DNA of 64,000 nt from a virus. Its lineage: Duplodnaviria > Caudoviricetes. The notes beneath the pieces are model-generated. The model had not been told where the DNA came from. It saw only the letters and a list, made by a program, of their open reading frames with translations, and searched no databases. Where the stretch lies: positions 8,928 to 72,927 of the IMG/VR virus record IMGVR_UViG_3300032272_000008; one strand, 5' to 3'. This document shows, piece by piece, positions 34,697-44,020 of the stretch. The position numbers and the translations under genes are program-made. Every line of letters starts with the position of its first letter. Position 1 is the first letter of the stretch.

Positions 34697-36373
34697 GTGG
34701 TCGCTACAACTCGTTCCGTAAACATTTCTGACTTCAACATCGCCAACGGCGATCTTCCATCTTGGGCACATCCCGAGGTCCATTACTGGTATCCAGAGTG
34801 GCGTAAGATCCGCGACTGCGTTGCAGGTGAGCGTGCGATCAAAGACGCAGGCACTGACTATCTCGCGCAGCTCGAATCTATGGAAGGCTCAGATTACAAC
34901 TCGTACCTGGATCGGGCGACGTTCTACAACTTCACTGGCCGCACAGTTGAAGCCCTGACTGGTTCCTTGATGCGCCGCCGTCCGGTGATCGACGACCTGC
35001 CCACAAAACTCAACGAACGTCTAAAAGTTGTCTCCAGGGAAAAACACCCATTCCACATGTTCTCCACGATGATTGCTCGCGAGAACATCCAGATGGGACG
35101 CGTCGGCGTCCTGGTCGATCTCCCGCGTACTGAGACCACACAGCCTAAACCATACCTGTGCTCGTACACGTGCGAGAACATTCTGGATTGGGAAGAAGAC
35201 ATCGTCAACGACGAGCTGGTCCTGACAAAGGTCGTGCTCCGTGAACAGAAGCGTGTCCGCAACACCGGACAAGCCACCGGCAACTCTTCTACGATGGAGA
35301 CCACGTATGTTCCTCGCTATCGTGAACTGTCGTTAGAAGAAGGCGCACAAGGTACGCACGTCTACGTCCAGCGGATCTATGAGCGTGATGACACTGCCGT
35401 AGACTTCGAACTGGTCGAGGCAAATCTTGTTGATACGATTACCCCCATGCGGCAAGGCGTGCCGCTGGATTTCATTCCATTCTGCATTCTCGGTCCACGA
35501 GAAAGCCGGATGATGGTTGAGAAGCCTCCGATGATGGACATCGCGCGTCTCAATCTATCTCACTACCAATCATACGCGTGGTTGGAGCATGGGCGCTTCT
35601 TCACCGGGTTCCCGATCTACTACGTCGAAGCACCTTCAGGTGGCGACGGCAGCGAAGCAGAATTCGAGCTTGGTTCGAGCAACGTCTGGGTAACACCAGC
35701 CGGTGCGAAGCCAGGACTGTTGGAGATGAACGGCCAAGGGCTGAAGTTCCTCGCCGACGCGTTGGACCAAAAAGAATCTCAGGCAGCGAGCCTGGGTGGC
35801 CGAATGATTGGTATCCGTACGCAAGCTGTGGCTGAATCTGACAACGCGTTGAAGATGACTGAGCGCAACGAACAATCTGTTCTGTTGCAGGTCGCGATGG
35901 CGCTCGATGCCCAGATGTCGAAGGTCCTGCAATGGTGGGCGTTCCTGTCCGGCGTATCGTTGAAAGAAGCCGAAAAGATTGTCCTTGAATACAACAAGGA
36001 TTTTCTGTTCGACACTCCAGGCGCTCGCGAGTTCCGTGCAATTCACTCAATGTATCAAGATGGGGTTATCCCTGTCGATGTGATATACTCGTACTTCAAG
36101 AAGTCTTCTCTCATCCCGGATTGGATGTCACTGGAAGAATTCAAGAAGCAGCTGGATCGGGTTGAAAACTTCCCGAACAATCCAGACATCGCGGCGAAGC
36201 AGGAAGGCTTTCCTGACGCCAAGACGCAGATCGCAGTGGCCGAAGCGGAGAAAGATCGCAAAGCCACTGAGAAAGCCGCCGAAGCGACGGCAAAAGCAGC
36301 GAAGGAGGCCGCAGACAGACAACCTGTAGGAGTTCCACCGCAACAAGTACCGCCCAACGGCAATGGGCAATAG
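34697..36373 (+). CDS. Portal protein (DUF4055-like)
   Basis: WRKIRDCVAGERAIK...YLDRATFYNFTGRTV...GRVGVLVD...LNLSHYQSYA. Confidence 0.9.
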   Translation: MVATTRSVNISDFNIANGDLPSWAHPEVHYWYPEWRKIRDCVAGERAIKDAGTDYLAQLESMEGSDYNSYLDRATFYNFTGRTVEALTGSLMRRRPVIDDLPTKLNERLKVVSREKHPFHMFSTMIARENIQMGRVGVLVDLPRTETTQPKPYLCSYTCENILDWEEDIVNDELVLTKVVLREQKRVRNTGQATGNSSTMETTYVPRYRELSLEEGAQGTHVYVQRIYERDDTAVDFELVEANLVDTITPMRQGVPLDFIPFCILGPRESRMMVEKPPMMDIARLNLSHYQSYAWLEHGRFFTGFPIYYVEAPSGGDGSEAEFELGSSNVWVTPAGAKPGLLEMNGQGLKFLADALDQKESQAASLGGRMIGIRTQAVAESDNALKMTERNEQSVLLQVAMALDAQMSKVLQWWAFLSGVSLKEAEKIVLEYNKDFLFDTPGAREFRAIHSMYQDGVIPVDVIYSYFKKSSLIPDWMSLEEFKKQLDRVENFPNNPDIAAKQEGFPDAKTQIAVAEAEKDRKATEKAAEATAKAAKEAADRQPVGVPPQQVPPNGNGQ

Positions 36374-36382
36374 GAGAAGATC

Positions 36383-36631
36383 ATGAACAAGGATTTTGAA
36401 GATGGCAGCATACCAAGCGAACAGCCAGAGCGGAAAGTTCCGCGCAAGGCAAGAAAAACTGCGCCGAAAAAAGAAGCGCGTAGTGAAGACGAAAAAGTAG
36501 CAGATGCCATCGTTAACCTTGATCTCGAAACAGACTTGGTGAAAGCCCTGGCTTGGGCTAAACGAATGAGGCCATCCGATCGAGCGAAGATGCTTCGTCT
36601 TTCAGGTGAACACCAAGCCAAGCTCCTTTAA
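36383..36631 (+). CDS. Hypothetical protein
   Basis: AGGAG RBS. Confidence 0.65.
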   Translation: MNKDFEDGSIPSEQPERKVPRKARKTAPKKEARSEDEKVADAIVNLDLETDLVKALAWAKRMRPSDRAKMLRLSGEHQAKLL

Positions 36632-36702
36632 CCGGGAGCCGAATCACGCCGCGCTCCGTCTGACACGTAAGGAGTAGGCTCAAGCTACCGTGGGGTACAC
36701 AC

Positions 36703-37215
36703 ATGCAGAACGCTTTTACGCGCTTCGTCGCCCGCCGCCTGACGGGCTGGGGAGCCAACATCGTAGAGAAGCACCAACCTGATTTCGTTATCGGAGATCC
36801 CGACGATCCCTGTCTGATCCGTTGGTGCATTTTCCCGCGCAACCGGTTCCTCAACGTCTACCTTCATCTATTCCTTCGGTCGGACGACCGCGTACTCCAT
36901 GATCATCCCTGGTGGTCCTGGTCGCTCGCCTTGTCACAGGTAGCGTATGAAATCCACTACCCGATGGACGGTCCACGTGAAGATCACTTGCGGATCGTGA
37001 ATTTTGGTGACTTCATACACCGTCCCGCGAAATTCACACATAGAATGGTCCTTCGTGTGAGAGAAGATGTGCACCAACCATTCATGACGTTGTTCATCAC
37101 CGGCCCCCGCCTACGGGAATGGGGTTTCTGGTGCGACAAAGGGACGCGGTTTGTCCCATGGCAAGAGTTCACCAAGAACGGTGTTCCAGGAGAAAGAGGT
37201 AAAGGCTGTGATTGA
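36703..37215 (+). CDS. Cupin-fold protein
   Basis: YLHLFLRSD.RVLHDHPW...YE...HR...TLFITGP. Confidence 0.7.
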   Translation: MQNAFTRFVARRLTGWGANIVEKHQPDFVIGDPDDPCLIRWCIFPRNRFLNVYLHLFLRSDDRVLHDHPWWSWSLALSQVAYEIHYPMDGPREDHLRIVNFGDFIHRPAKFTHRMVLRVREDVHQPFMTLFITGPRLREWGFWCDKGTRFVPWQEFTKNGVPGERGKGCD

Positions 37216-37381
37216 TACCTCCAAAATCTCCCGCGTGGAAGTGATCGACCACCGAAGCGTATCCAAAACCTGCGGTCGGGTGTTCGTGGCGTGGAACGTA
37301 AGCGCTGACATGTCCGTACAGGATGATGGGCGCACTCTCAAAGTCTTCGTAAATTACAAGAAAAAGGAAAGCACAAGATGA
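37208..37381 (+). CDS. Small conserved phage protein
   Basis: SRVEVIDH...QDDGRTLKVFV pattern. Confidence 0.65.
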   Translation: MIDTSKISRVEVIDHRSVSKTCGRVFVAWNVSADMSVQDDGRTLKVFVNYKKKESTR

Positions 37382-37827
37382 AACAACTCGACATTTTCAT
37401 GGACCCGAATGTCCCACTCGACCACTTCCCCTCGTATCAAACGGAAGGCGCGGCAGGCTTCGACCTGTCCGCGTGGCTTCCGACTGGAAGCATCATCATC
37501 CCCGCGTACGAAAGCCGGATCGTCAACACTGGCATCTACATGATGATCCCTGAAGGACACGAAGTGCAGATCCGATCGCGCTCTGGCCTCGCAGGCAAAC
37601 ACGCGTTGTTCGTCTTGAACTCGCCGGGGACAATCGACTGCGACTACCGTGGTGAGATCCGTGTGATCCTCACAAACATGTACACGCAGAAGTACGTAGT
37701 CGCATCTGGTGACCGGATCGCACAAGGCGTTCTGAAGGAAGCACCGCAGGCAAACCTCGTACGGGTCAACTCGATCCGCCACGACACAGCAAGAGGGGAA
37801 CACGGCCTTGGCTCTACCGGAAAATAG
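37378..37827 (+). CDS. dut: Trimeric dUTPase
   Basis: AAGFDL, RSGLA, GTIDCDYRGE, GDRIAQ, RGEHGLGSTG. Confidence 0.97.
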   Translation: MKQLDIFMDPNVPLDHFPSYQTEGAAGFDLSAWLPTGSIIIPAYESRIVNTGIYMMIPEGHEVQIRSRSGLAGKHALFVLNSPGTIDCDYRGEIRVILTNMYTQKYVVASGDRIAQGVLKEAPQANLVRVNSIRHDTARGEHGLGSTGK

Positions 37828-37859
37828 CAAGCAAGCAGTCGGGACCGGAAAAAACTCGA

Positions 37860-38029
37860 TGAGGCTCAACCAAGCGACGATGCAGAAGATTGTGGAGCAT
37901 TGGATGGAGACACGTTTCCTGAACACTGCACATCAAGAAGTGCTCGTCACACAAGTGAAATCTACGGTCGAGGGCAACGCGCACGCGTTCGATATCGACT
38001 TCCATTGGCAGGAGCCAGTACCTAAATGA
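37860..38029 (+). CDS. Small hypothetical protein
   Basis: MRLNQATMQKIVEHW; start approximate. Confidence 0.5.
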
Positions 38030-38310
38030 AAGCACTCGAAACCTTAGTAGGCATCGGCGTGATGACGCTCGTCTACGTCTGCATCATGGCGATGGTCACG
38101 CTCGGCGTACTCGTTGTCTCGAACCTGATGCTCTATCTCGCGCCGAACATCATTGGCCCTGGCATGGAAGTGTTCGGATCAGTCGGCGAATTCTTCCCGT
38201 CCTTCGCGGTATTGATCACGCTCCTGGCAGCATGCGTCGCGGTGGGCACGTCGGCCATCCACTTCGTCGAAGACTTCTTCGTCGATCAAGCGGAGAAGTC
38301 CGATGGGTAG
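38026..38310 (+). CDS. Membrane protein (2 TM)
   Basis: Two long hydrophobic stretches; ATGA overlap. Confidence 0.7.
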   Translation: MKALETLVGIGVMTLVYVCIMAMVTLGVLVVSNLMLYLAPNIIGPGMEVFGSVGEFFPSFAVLITLLAACVAVGTSAIHFVEDFFVDQAEKSDG

Positions 38311-38536
38311 ACGTGTCACAGCAATCTTTGTCGCAGAATCGCGTCAAGGAAAACACACCGTCCTGGATACCGACGAAGAACTAATCGTCGTGTTTCCTTA
38401 CGGGACGGAGCGTGTTGGCATGCGTTTCGATCGATTGATCATAACCTTTCGCCACAACAGCGAGAGACAAGCCCATTGGATTCGCCGCAACAGAATGGGA
38501 TTGAAGCCTGACGGTCTGCTGATTGAAACCTTTTAA
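38303..38536 (+). CDS. Small hypothetical protein
   Basis: GGAG RBS. Confidence 0.55.
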   Translation: MGRRVTAIFVAESRQGKHTVLDTDEELIVVFPYGTERVGMRFDRLIITFRHNSERQAHWIRRNRMGLKPDGLLIETF

Positions 38537-38589
38537 CCATGAGTGACATAGCCACTTGATTTTCATTTTGGCTGTGTTACAAAGATCTC

Positions 38590-39030
38590 GAAGACGTTGA
38601 AGCGTCATTGAACAAGAACGGATACGCCGGGGCAGTACCGGCCATCTCCACCACAAGTCTACGGAGGAACAGAAGGCAGTAGCCGTACCAGATCGAAATA
38701 GCTCAAGAAGCTCTGTGCATATGTGATACGGCCACTGCGGCGAAAGCCAAGCATGCCCGACACCGTATAATCACCTCAACGTGTATTTCATGCTGACCGC
38801 GCGCTCTGCCGTAGACTTCTGATGGGGATGAAATAGGTTCGACCGTTTTGGGTAGTGGAGTGGAGTTTTCCGGGTGATCTCGTCATAGATCGGACTGCTT
38901 AGTTGCAAACGACAACGAGGCTCTCTTACTCGCCGCATAGCCGCGAGTGGCGCAATGGCAAGCGTAGCAACAGAAGCTCTCACTGAGAGCAGGCCAAGGG
39001 TCGCCCACCATAAATGTTTGGTGGGAATTT
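38590..39030 (+). ncRNA. ssrA: Circularly permuted two-piece tmRNA, tag (A)ANDNEALLLAA*; outer ends approximate
   Basis: T-arm GCCGG-GGCAGTA-CCGGC (38626-38642), 3' acceptor CATCTCC-A-CCA ending 38653, 5' acceptor GGGGATG at 38824 (G3.U70), D-loop AAATAGGTTCGAC, resume codon GCA 38905, TAG 38938-38940. Confidence 0.95.
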
Positions 39031-39114
39031 AGGCAACCGGGAGCAGTTGGGAATCTGCTTATCGTAAGAAACAAAATCCCCCTATCTACCCTGACCAACG
39101 AGAAAGGAAAAGAC

Positions 39115-39459
39115 ATGTCCAGCATACCAAACAACGGCACAGCGTACGCACCTCAATCCGACGCAGGCCTCGTCGAAGAAATGGAGTCCTATGACCGACT
39201 TCCTGCCCCGCTCCGACGCGCCTATGCTAATTCCAACCACGACTGGTCCACAATTGATGTGGAGATCGATTTCAAAGCTGACAAAGGTTGGAGCATGTAC
39301 GACCAGAGCTTCCAAGTACGAAAAGACGACGCCTATGAGAATGAACTTCACGAATGGGGACTGGATAAAGGTTTTCCCGACAAATGGCAGAAGCGTGCCA
39401 GCTGCGCCGTTATGGCCAAGCAGTTTCGTGAGAAAAAAGGATTGAGGACCTTCCGATGA
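39115..39459 (+). CDS. Hypothetical protein (DUF6525-like M..YDRLP..LR)
   Basis: EEMESYDRLPAPLRRAY; GAAAGG RBS. Confidence 0.6.
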   Translation: MSSIPNNGTAYAPQSDAGLVEEMESYDRLPAPLRRAYANSNHDWSTIDVEIDFKADKGWSMYDQSFQVRKDDAYENELHEWGLDKGFPDKWQKRASCAVMAKQFREKKGLRTFR

Positions 39460-39860
39460 GACATCTCGAAAAAGACTATGAGCTGTTCTTCAATACGCGA
39501 TGGCTCCACAGCAAGACAGGAAACCTGTACGACATCACAGGCGTCTGTATGATCGAAAGCACGTGGCGTCCTGGCTTCATCTACGTGTCGCTCAAGGATG
39601 GCATATCCATCGTGCGGGACACCGAAGAATTCCTCGACGGACGCTTCGTTGAAGTCGATAAGCCGCGCGTGACTTACAACATCAAGGAAAAACTGTGGGA
39701 ACTCCCTCGCGAAATTCCTTTGATCCCAACCGGCGATCGCGGTGTGGTTCATGAATTACGCCTCCAAGATTATCTCACCAAACAAAATGGAGAACAAGAA
39801 AATGGCGAAGAAGACCTGGGAAGATCTGATGATCAGCCTGTTCCGCCGACTGTTGCCTGA
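39456..39860 (+). CDS. DUF1653-like protein
   Basis: WLHSKTGNLYDI...IYVS...VRDTEEFLDGRF. Confidence 0.6.
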   Translation: MRHLEKDYELFFNTRWLHSKTGNLYDITGVCMIESTWRPGFIYVSLKDGISIVRDTEEFLDGRFVEVDKPRVTYNIKEKLWELPREIPLIPTGDRGVVHELRLQDYLTKQNGEQENGEEDLGRSDDQPVPPTVA

Positions 39861-39913
39861 CAAAATTAAGCCCGACGCTGAGTTGCGTCCATTCACGAAA
39901 AGGAAAACTGACA

Positions 39914-40081
39914 ATGAGCACAGCTGAACAATATCACGCAAGCCGCAAGGCTGCGAAAGCCCGAAAAGAAGCCGCCAAATACAAGGACGGCATGGGCAAA
40001 GAGCGCGCGGCCATGGCCCGCAAGATTTCCCTCAAGAAGAAGGCAGCTCTCCTTGAAAGTTCACCAACATCCTCAGAGTGA
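39914..40081 (+). CDS. Small basic protein
   Basis: AGGA RBS; MSTAEQYHASRKAAKARKEAAKYK... Confidence 0.5.
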   Translation: MSTAEQYHASRKAAKARKEAAKYKDGMGKERAAMARKISLKKKAALLESSPTSSE

Positions 40082-40418
40082 CGGTGGCAGGAACACCTGC
40101 TACACGGCGCGCTCATCTCAGGTGAAGACCACTTGGTACAGGGATGCACGCCTCGCACAGCGTGAAGGGTCCACACTCTGGCTGACCAACAGCAACGACT
40201 ACGGTCCTCACTGGACGGCTCAAGACGAGCCTCCTACGGAAACGCCTTGGGAAAGCCTGGGAGAGATCCAAGAAATCCTGAGAAAAGACAGAGGCCCCGA
40301 AGAAACGTGGCTCATTGACTGGCCCTGGTGGATCGAGTCCGATCCCGAGGACATCACAATCTTCGCCATCGAAAGTTCTTCTGACAGATGGTACACGGAA
40401 ATCAAAACTACTCTTTGA
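40053..40418 (+). CDS. Hypothetical protein (start uncertain)
   Basis: Co-oriented ORF. Confidence 0.5.
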   Translation: MKVHQHPQSDGGRNTCYTARSSQVKTTWYRDARLAQREGSTLWLTNSNDYGPHWTAQDEPPTETPWESLGEIQEILRKDRGPEETWLIDWPWWIESDPEDITIFAIESSSDRWYTEIKTTL

Positions 40419-40469
40419 CCTGCACATCGTTTGTGCTATCTTGCCTGAAGTATATTCTAGGAGACGAAA

Positions 40470-41012
40470 ATGTTTCAGTCAAATCCCACAGATGATGTCC
40501 AACGATTTTTCGATACCTATGGGGCTGTAAAAAGCCCCGTAGTCGGATCTTCCGTCATAATTGCGTCGGGATACGGCGCGAAGTACAAACGTAAAATCGT
40601 TATGCCGATTAGCGCACGGAATCACGCCAAAAGACTTATGCCAACGGCAACAACGCCAGAAGAAGAACGTGATCTCGTCCAAAAACTGCTTGGAATCTTC
40701 GAGCAAGAGTACAGCCGTGCGCTGGACATTGATGACACCCCTGGCATCTCTTGGGGAGCCGGTGGCAAGAAGGATGAGTTGGATTGTGTTGACGAGGCAT
40801 GGAATGCAACTGTCTACCTCCTGTGGCTCCAGAACAAAAATCTTCTACAGTTCCACAAAGTCATGGAACCTATGTGGAAGTTCTCATTCACAAGATGGAA
40901 TCACTACGCGGCTGTCCTTGAAGAAGCGGACAGGAATAAAACATTGTGGTGCATTGACGGGCAGTATGGTGACGTTCCTAAAATAGTCCGTTCAGATCGG
41001 TGGTACACGTAG
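40470..41012 (+). CDS. Putative transglutaminase-like cysteine peptidase
   Basis: Candidate triad LDCVDE...NHYAAVL...WCIDG; AGGAG RBS. Confidence 0.55.
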   Translation: MFQSNPTDDVQRFFDTYGAVKSPVVGSSVIIASGYGAKYKRKIVMPISARNHAKRLMPTATTPEEERDLVQKLLGIFEQEYSRALDIDDTPGISWGAGGKKDELDCVDEAWNATVYLLWLQNKNLLQFHKVMEPMWKFSFTRWNHYAAVLEEADRNKTLWCIDGQYGDVPKIVRSDRWYT

Positions 41013-41013
41013 C

Positions 41014-41841
41014 ATGTCAAAATACTACAACCCGCAAGCGGGCGGAGACCATCGAATCCTACATGCGGTGGATGTTGTTTCCCAACTTAACGGAACAACT
41101 CTGAACCTTATGTCCAACCGTTCTCTACGCAAGTTCGGTCAGAACCCTGACTCAGACACCGGAGAATACGAGACCGTGTGGACGCTTGGTGACAATGAAA
41201 CGTACCAAACCACCAATTCCATCGACACCATCTCAAGCTCCAATGCAGCCGACGATCAGGTCATCAGCCTCGCAGGCTTCACGATATCAGGGTCAGGCCT
41301 ACTCACGCGGGTGGAACAGACAGTGACGCTCGACGGACAGAATAAGGTGCTTCTTTCCACGCCACTCGCTCGTGTAGAGCGAGGGTTTAATATTTCTGCG
41401 ACTGACACACTTGGTGAAGTTTATGTCTATCGCGATACCACACTGACAGATGGCGTCCCTACTGATTTGACGATGGCACATCTACAGATCGAAGCACAAT
41501 TTCAGCAGTCACAGAAATGTGCGTTAACAACGGCACAAGGTGAATACCTCTTCGTGATGTCTGCTGGTGTAGCTACGCTTGCAGGACTCACCGCTTCTTC
41601 GGATTTCTCCCTTGAGACGCGGTTGATTGATCCTCCTGGCCTCGTCTTTCGCAACAAACTGTTGATCTCTTCTGCCAATCCTGGTGGAGCCTCCTTCATC
41701 GAATTGAATCCTGTGTTGATAGTAGCTCCGAACACCGACGTACGCATGCGCTCTAAAAGCAGCGTCAACAACCAAAGCGTTACGGCGTTCATTTCCGGGT
41801 ACTACATGAACATCAGCAACTACATTTCACCAGACGCATAA
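41014..41841 (+). CDS. Probable virion structural protein
   Basis: Beta-rich; KFGQNPD.D...ETVW pattern. Confidence 0.55.
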   Translation: MSKYYNPQAGGDHRILHAVDVVSQLNGTTLNLMSNRSLRKFGQNPDSDTGEYETVWTLGDNETYQTTNSIDTISSSNAADDQVISLAGFTISGSGLLTRVEQTVTLDGQNKVLLSTPLARVERGFNISATDTLGEVYVYRDTTLTDGVPTDLTMAHLQIEAQFQQSQKCALTTAQGEYLFVMSAGVATLAGLTASSDFSLETRLIDPPGLVFRNKLLISSANPGGASFIELNPVLIVAPNTDVRMRSKSSVNNQSVTAFISGYYMNISNYISPDA

Positions 41842-41851
41842 GGATCTTGTC

Positions 41852-43066
41852 ATGACACTCGATGTTGCACTCCCCGCCACACAGAGCGACGCTTTCGGGC
41901 GCTTACGCGTCTCTTCGACTGACACCGTCTTCGACAGCAAGATGGTATCAGACGATCTTACGTTGTTCTGGGATGACGCTGAAGTTACGGGGACTGGAAC
42001 AACATCCACGCATAACGTGAATCGCGCCGCTGTTGTTATGGGCGTCGCCCTCAACACCGCTGGCTTGCGCCGTCGTCAGACATTCCAACGGTTCAACTAT
42101 CAGCCTGGGAAGTCTCAGTTGATTATGATGACCGGCGTTCTCCTTTCAACTGGTGGCGGCGCTGGAATATCCGCCAGCATGGGACTGTTTGATGACGATG
42201 ACGGGATTTTTGCGTCGTCTGTTGATGGTGCGGTGCAGCTTACAATCAGGTCAAACGTCACAGGCACGCCAGTCGATACTACCGTAGCGCAGGCCGATTG
42301 GAACGGAGACAAGCTTGACGGCAGCGGTGTGTCTGGTGTTACTCTCGACGGAACCAAAGCTCAAATCCTATTCATCGACTTCGAATGGCTAGGCGTAGGA
42401 ACGGTAAGGGTGGGATTTATCGTCGATGGCGTGTACATCGTTGCGCACAGGTTCCAGCACGCCAACATCATCAACTCAGTCTACATGTCAACGCCAAACC
42501 TTCCTCTCCGATATGAGTTGGAGAACGATGGGACAGGACCGGCGTCTGAGTTGGAGCACATTTGCTGCACGGTGATCTCTGAAGGCGGACAGGCATCTCG
42601 CGCCCAACTTCTTGCTGCCACGACAGGCGGCATCGGGATCACTCCCAGCAACCTCGCTGTGGCTGCGGCCATCGGCATAAGGCTGAAGACCAGCAACCTT
42701 GGAAAAACCGTCGATATCAACAACATTTCTGTTGTGAACGAAGGGAACACTCCTGGGTTTGAGTGGCGACTGTATTGGAATCCGACAGTGGCCGGAACGT
42801 TCACATACGCGGATGTTACGAACTCCGCTGTACAGGTGGCTATAGGAAACGCCGCAGGAACTAACACGCTAACGGGCGGCACGCTTGTTGCAGCAGGTGT
42901 GAGCACAGGGTCTAAGAACGCAGGCGTTGCTGAAACGGACATCACCAGTGCGTTGCGCCTCGGCGCGGCCATCGATGGGACACGAGACGAAATAGTTCTC
43001 GCCGTTGTGCCTTACGGCGCACAGGGGGAACTTGACGCAGCTCTTAATTGGAGTGAACGGACGTAA
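41852..43066 (+). CDS. Probable virion structural protein (DAFGRLRVS family)
   Basis: DAFGRLRVS...FDSK...RRQT..RFNYQPGKSQ...WLGVG.VRVGF...MSTPNLPLRYE. Confidence 0.65.
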   Translation: MTLDVALPATQSDAFGRLRVSSTDTVFDSKMVSDDLTLFWDDAEVTGTGTTSTHNVNRAAVVMGVALNTAGLRRRQTFQRFNYQPGKSQLIMMTGVLLSTGGGAGISASMGLFDDDDGIFASSVDGAVQLTIRSNVTGTPVDTTVAQADWNGDKLDGSGVSGVTLDGTKAQILFIDFEWLGVGTVRVGFIVDGVYIVAHRFQHANIINSVYMSTPNLPLRYELENDGTGPASELEHICCTVISEGGQASRAQLLAATTGGIGITPSNLAVAAAIGIRLKTSNLGKTVDINNISVVNEGNTPGFEWRLYWNPTVAGTFTYADVTNSAVQVAIGNAAGTNTLTGGTLVAAGVSTGSKNAGVAETDITSALRLGAAIDGTRDEIVLAVVPYGAQGELDAALNWSERT

Positions 43067-43100
43067 TTCAATCAACAAAGTGAAATAGGAACAAAATGAC

Positions 43101-43892
43101 ATGCCTGACAAAAAGATCGACGTCCTCGACCACGGCCTCGTCCGACTCGTGGATTCAATGGGCAGTGACCTGTCCGTATCGCGGGCTGCGCGTGTTTCAT
43201 ATGACGCAGCGTGGCGCGCAGGGGAAGATGAAGGTTCTGATTCCAGACTTATCAACTATCTCTGGAAGCATGATCACACCTCGCCCTTCGAAGCCGTCAC
43301 GTTCACGTTCGAAGTCAAAGCCCCTATCTTTGTCTTCCGCCAGTGGCACCGACACCGTACCTGGGCCTACAACGAACTGAGCGCACGATACCGGGAACTG
43401 CCGGAAGTGTTCTACGTTCCAAAGCCAGGGTCGATCGGAACCCAATCTGCCGACAACAAGCAGATGCGGGACATCGCGGGTGTGACCGACGACGAGCATG
43501 AACGCATGATGGCCATGGTCATCCGCGACAGCTGTGAAGGTGCTTTCGACACGTACCGGCACCTGATGGAACAAGGCGTCCCGCGCGAGCTTGCACGCGG
43601 CGTCCTACCGTTCAACACGTACTCGCACATGTTCGCGACGGTGAACCTGATGAACCTGTTCAGATTCGTCGGCCTTCGCTCACACGCTCACGCACAGCCG
43701 GAAATCCAAGTCTACGCCAATGCTATGCTCGAATTGGCAAAAGACGTTGCACCGGCTTCTGTGGCCGCTTTCCAGGCCAAGCGCTTGGAAACACACTTAC
43801 GCGACGCGGCCTGGGCCTACATCAAGAACACGCCCAAGTCGCAGTTCTCTCAGGTCGAGATGCGCAAACAGCTGGAAGGCGTCAAGCTGTAA
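43101..43892 (+). CDS. thyX: Flavin-dependent thymidylate synthase
   Basis: HTSPFE, RQWHRHR, NELSARY, ELARGVLP, HAQPEI. Confidence 0.97.
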   Translation: MPDKKIDVLDHGLVRLVDSMGSDLSVSRAARVSYDAAWRAGEDEGSDSRLINYLWKHDHTSPFEAVTFTFEVKAPIFVFRQWHRHRTWAYNELSARYRELPEVFYVPKPGSIGTQSADNKQMRDIAGVTDDEHERMMAMVIRDSCEGAFDTYRHLMEQGVPRELARGVLPFNTYSHMFATVNLMNLFRFVGLRSHAHAQPEIQVYANAMLELAKDVAPASVAAFQAKRLETHLRDAAWAYIKNTPKSQFSQVEMRKQLEGVKL

Positions 43893-43931
43893 ACAGACCG
43901 AGAACAAACCTCGTTCATTTCAAGATCCTAC

Positions 43932-43958
43932 AAAAGCCCTGTTCACGCGGGGCTTTTT
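43932..43958 (+). terminator. Rho-independent terminator
   Basis: AAAAGCCC...GGGGCTTTTT. Confidence 0.75.
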
Positions 43959-44020
43959 CTTTGCTATGTTCCACTCATGAGCTGCCAGGGTGGCGGCTCT
44001 TTTTTAGGAGACTACAATAC

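Noticed and set aside
38815-38840. CTGATG resembling a hammerhead ribozyme core
   Set aside because: Reads CTGATGG rather than CTGATGA, overlaps the tmRNA 5' acceptor strand, and no compatible GAAA-stem arrangement was found.
38941-38990. tRNA-like D-arm (GCGCAATGGCAAGCGT)
   Set aside because: No matching anticodon stem, T-arm or acceptor 3' strand; better explained as tmRNA coding-piece structure. No tRNA genes were recognised in the window.
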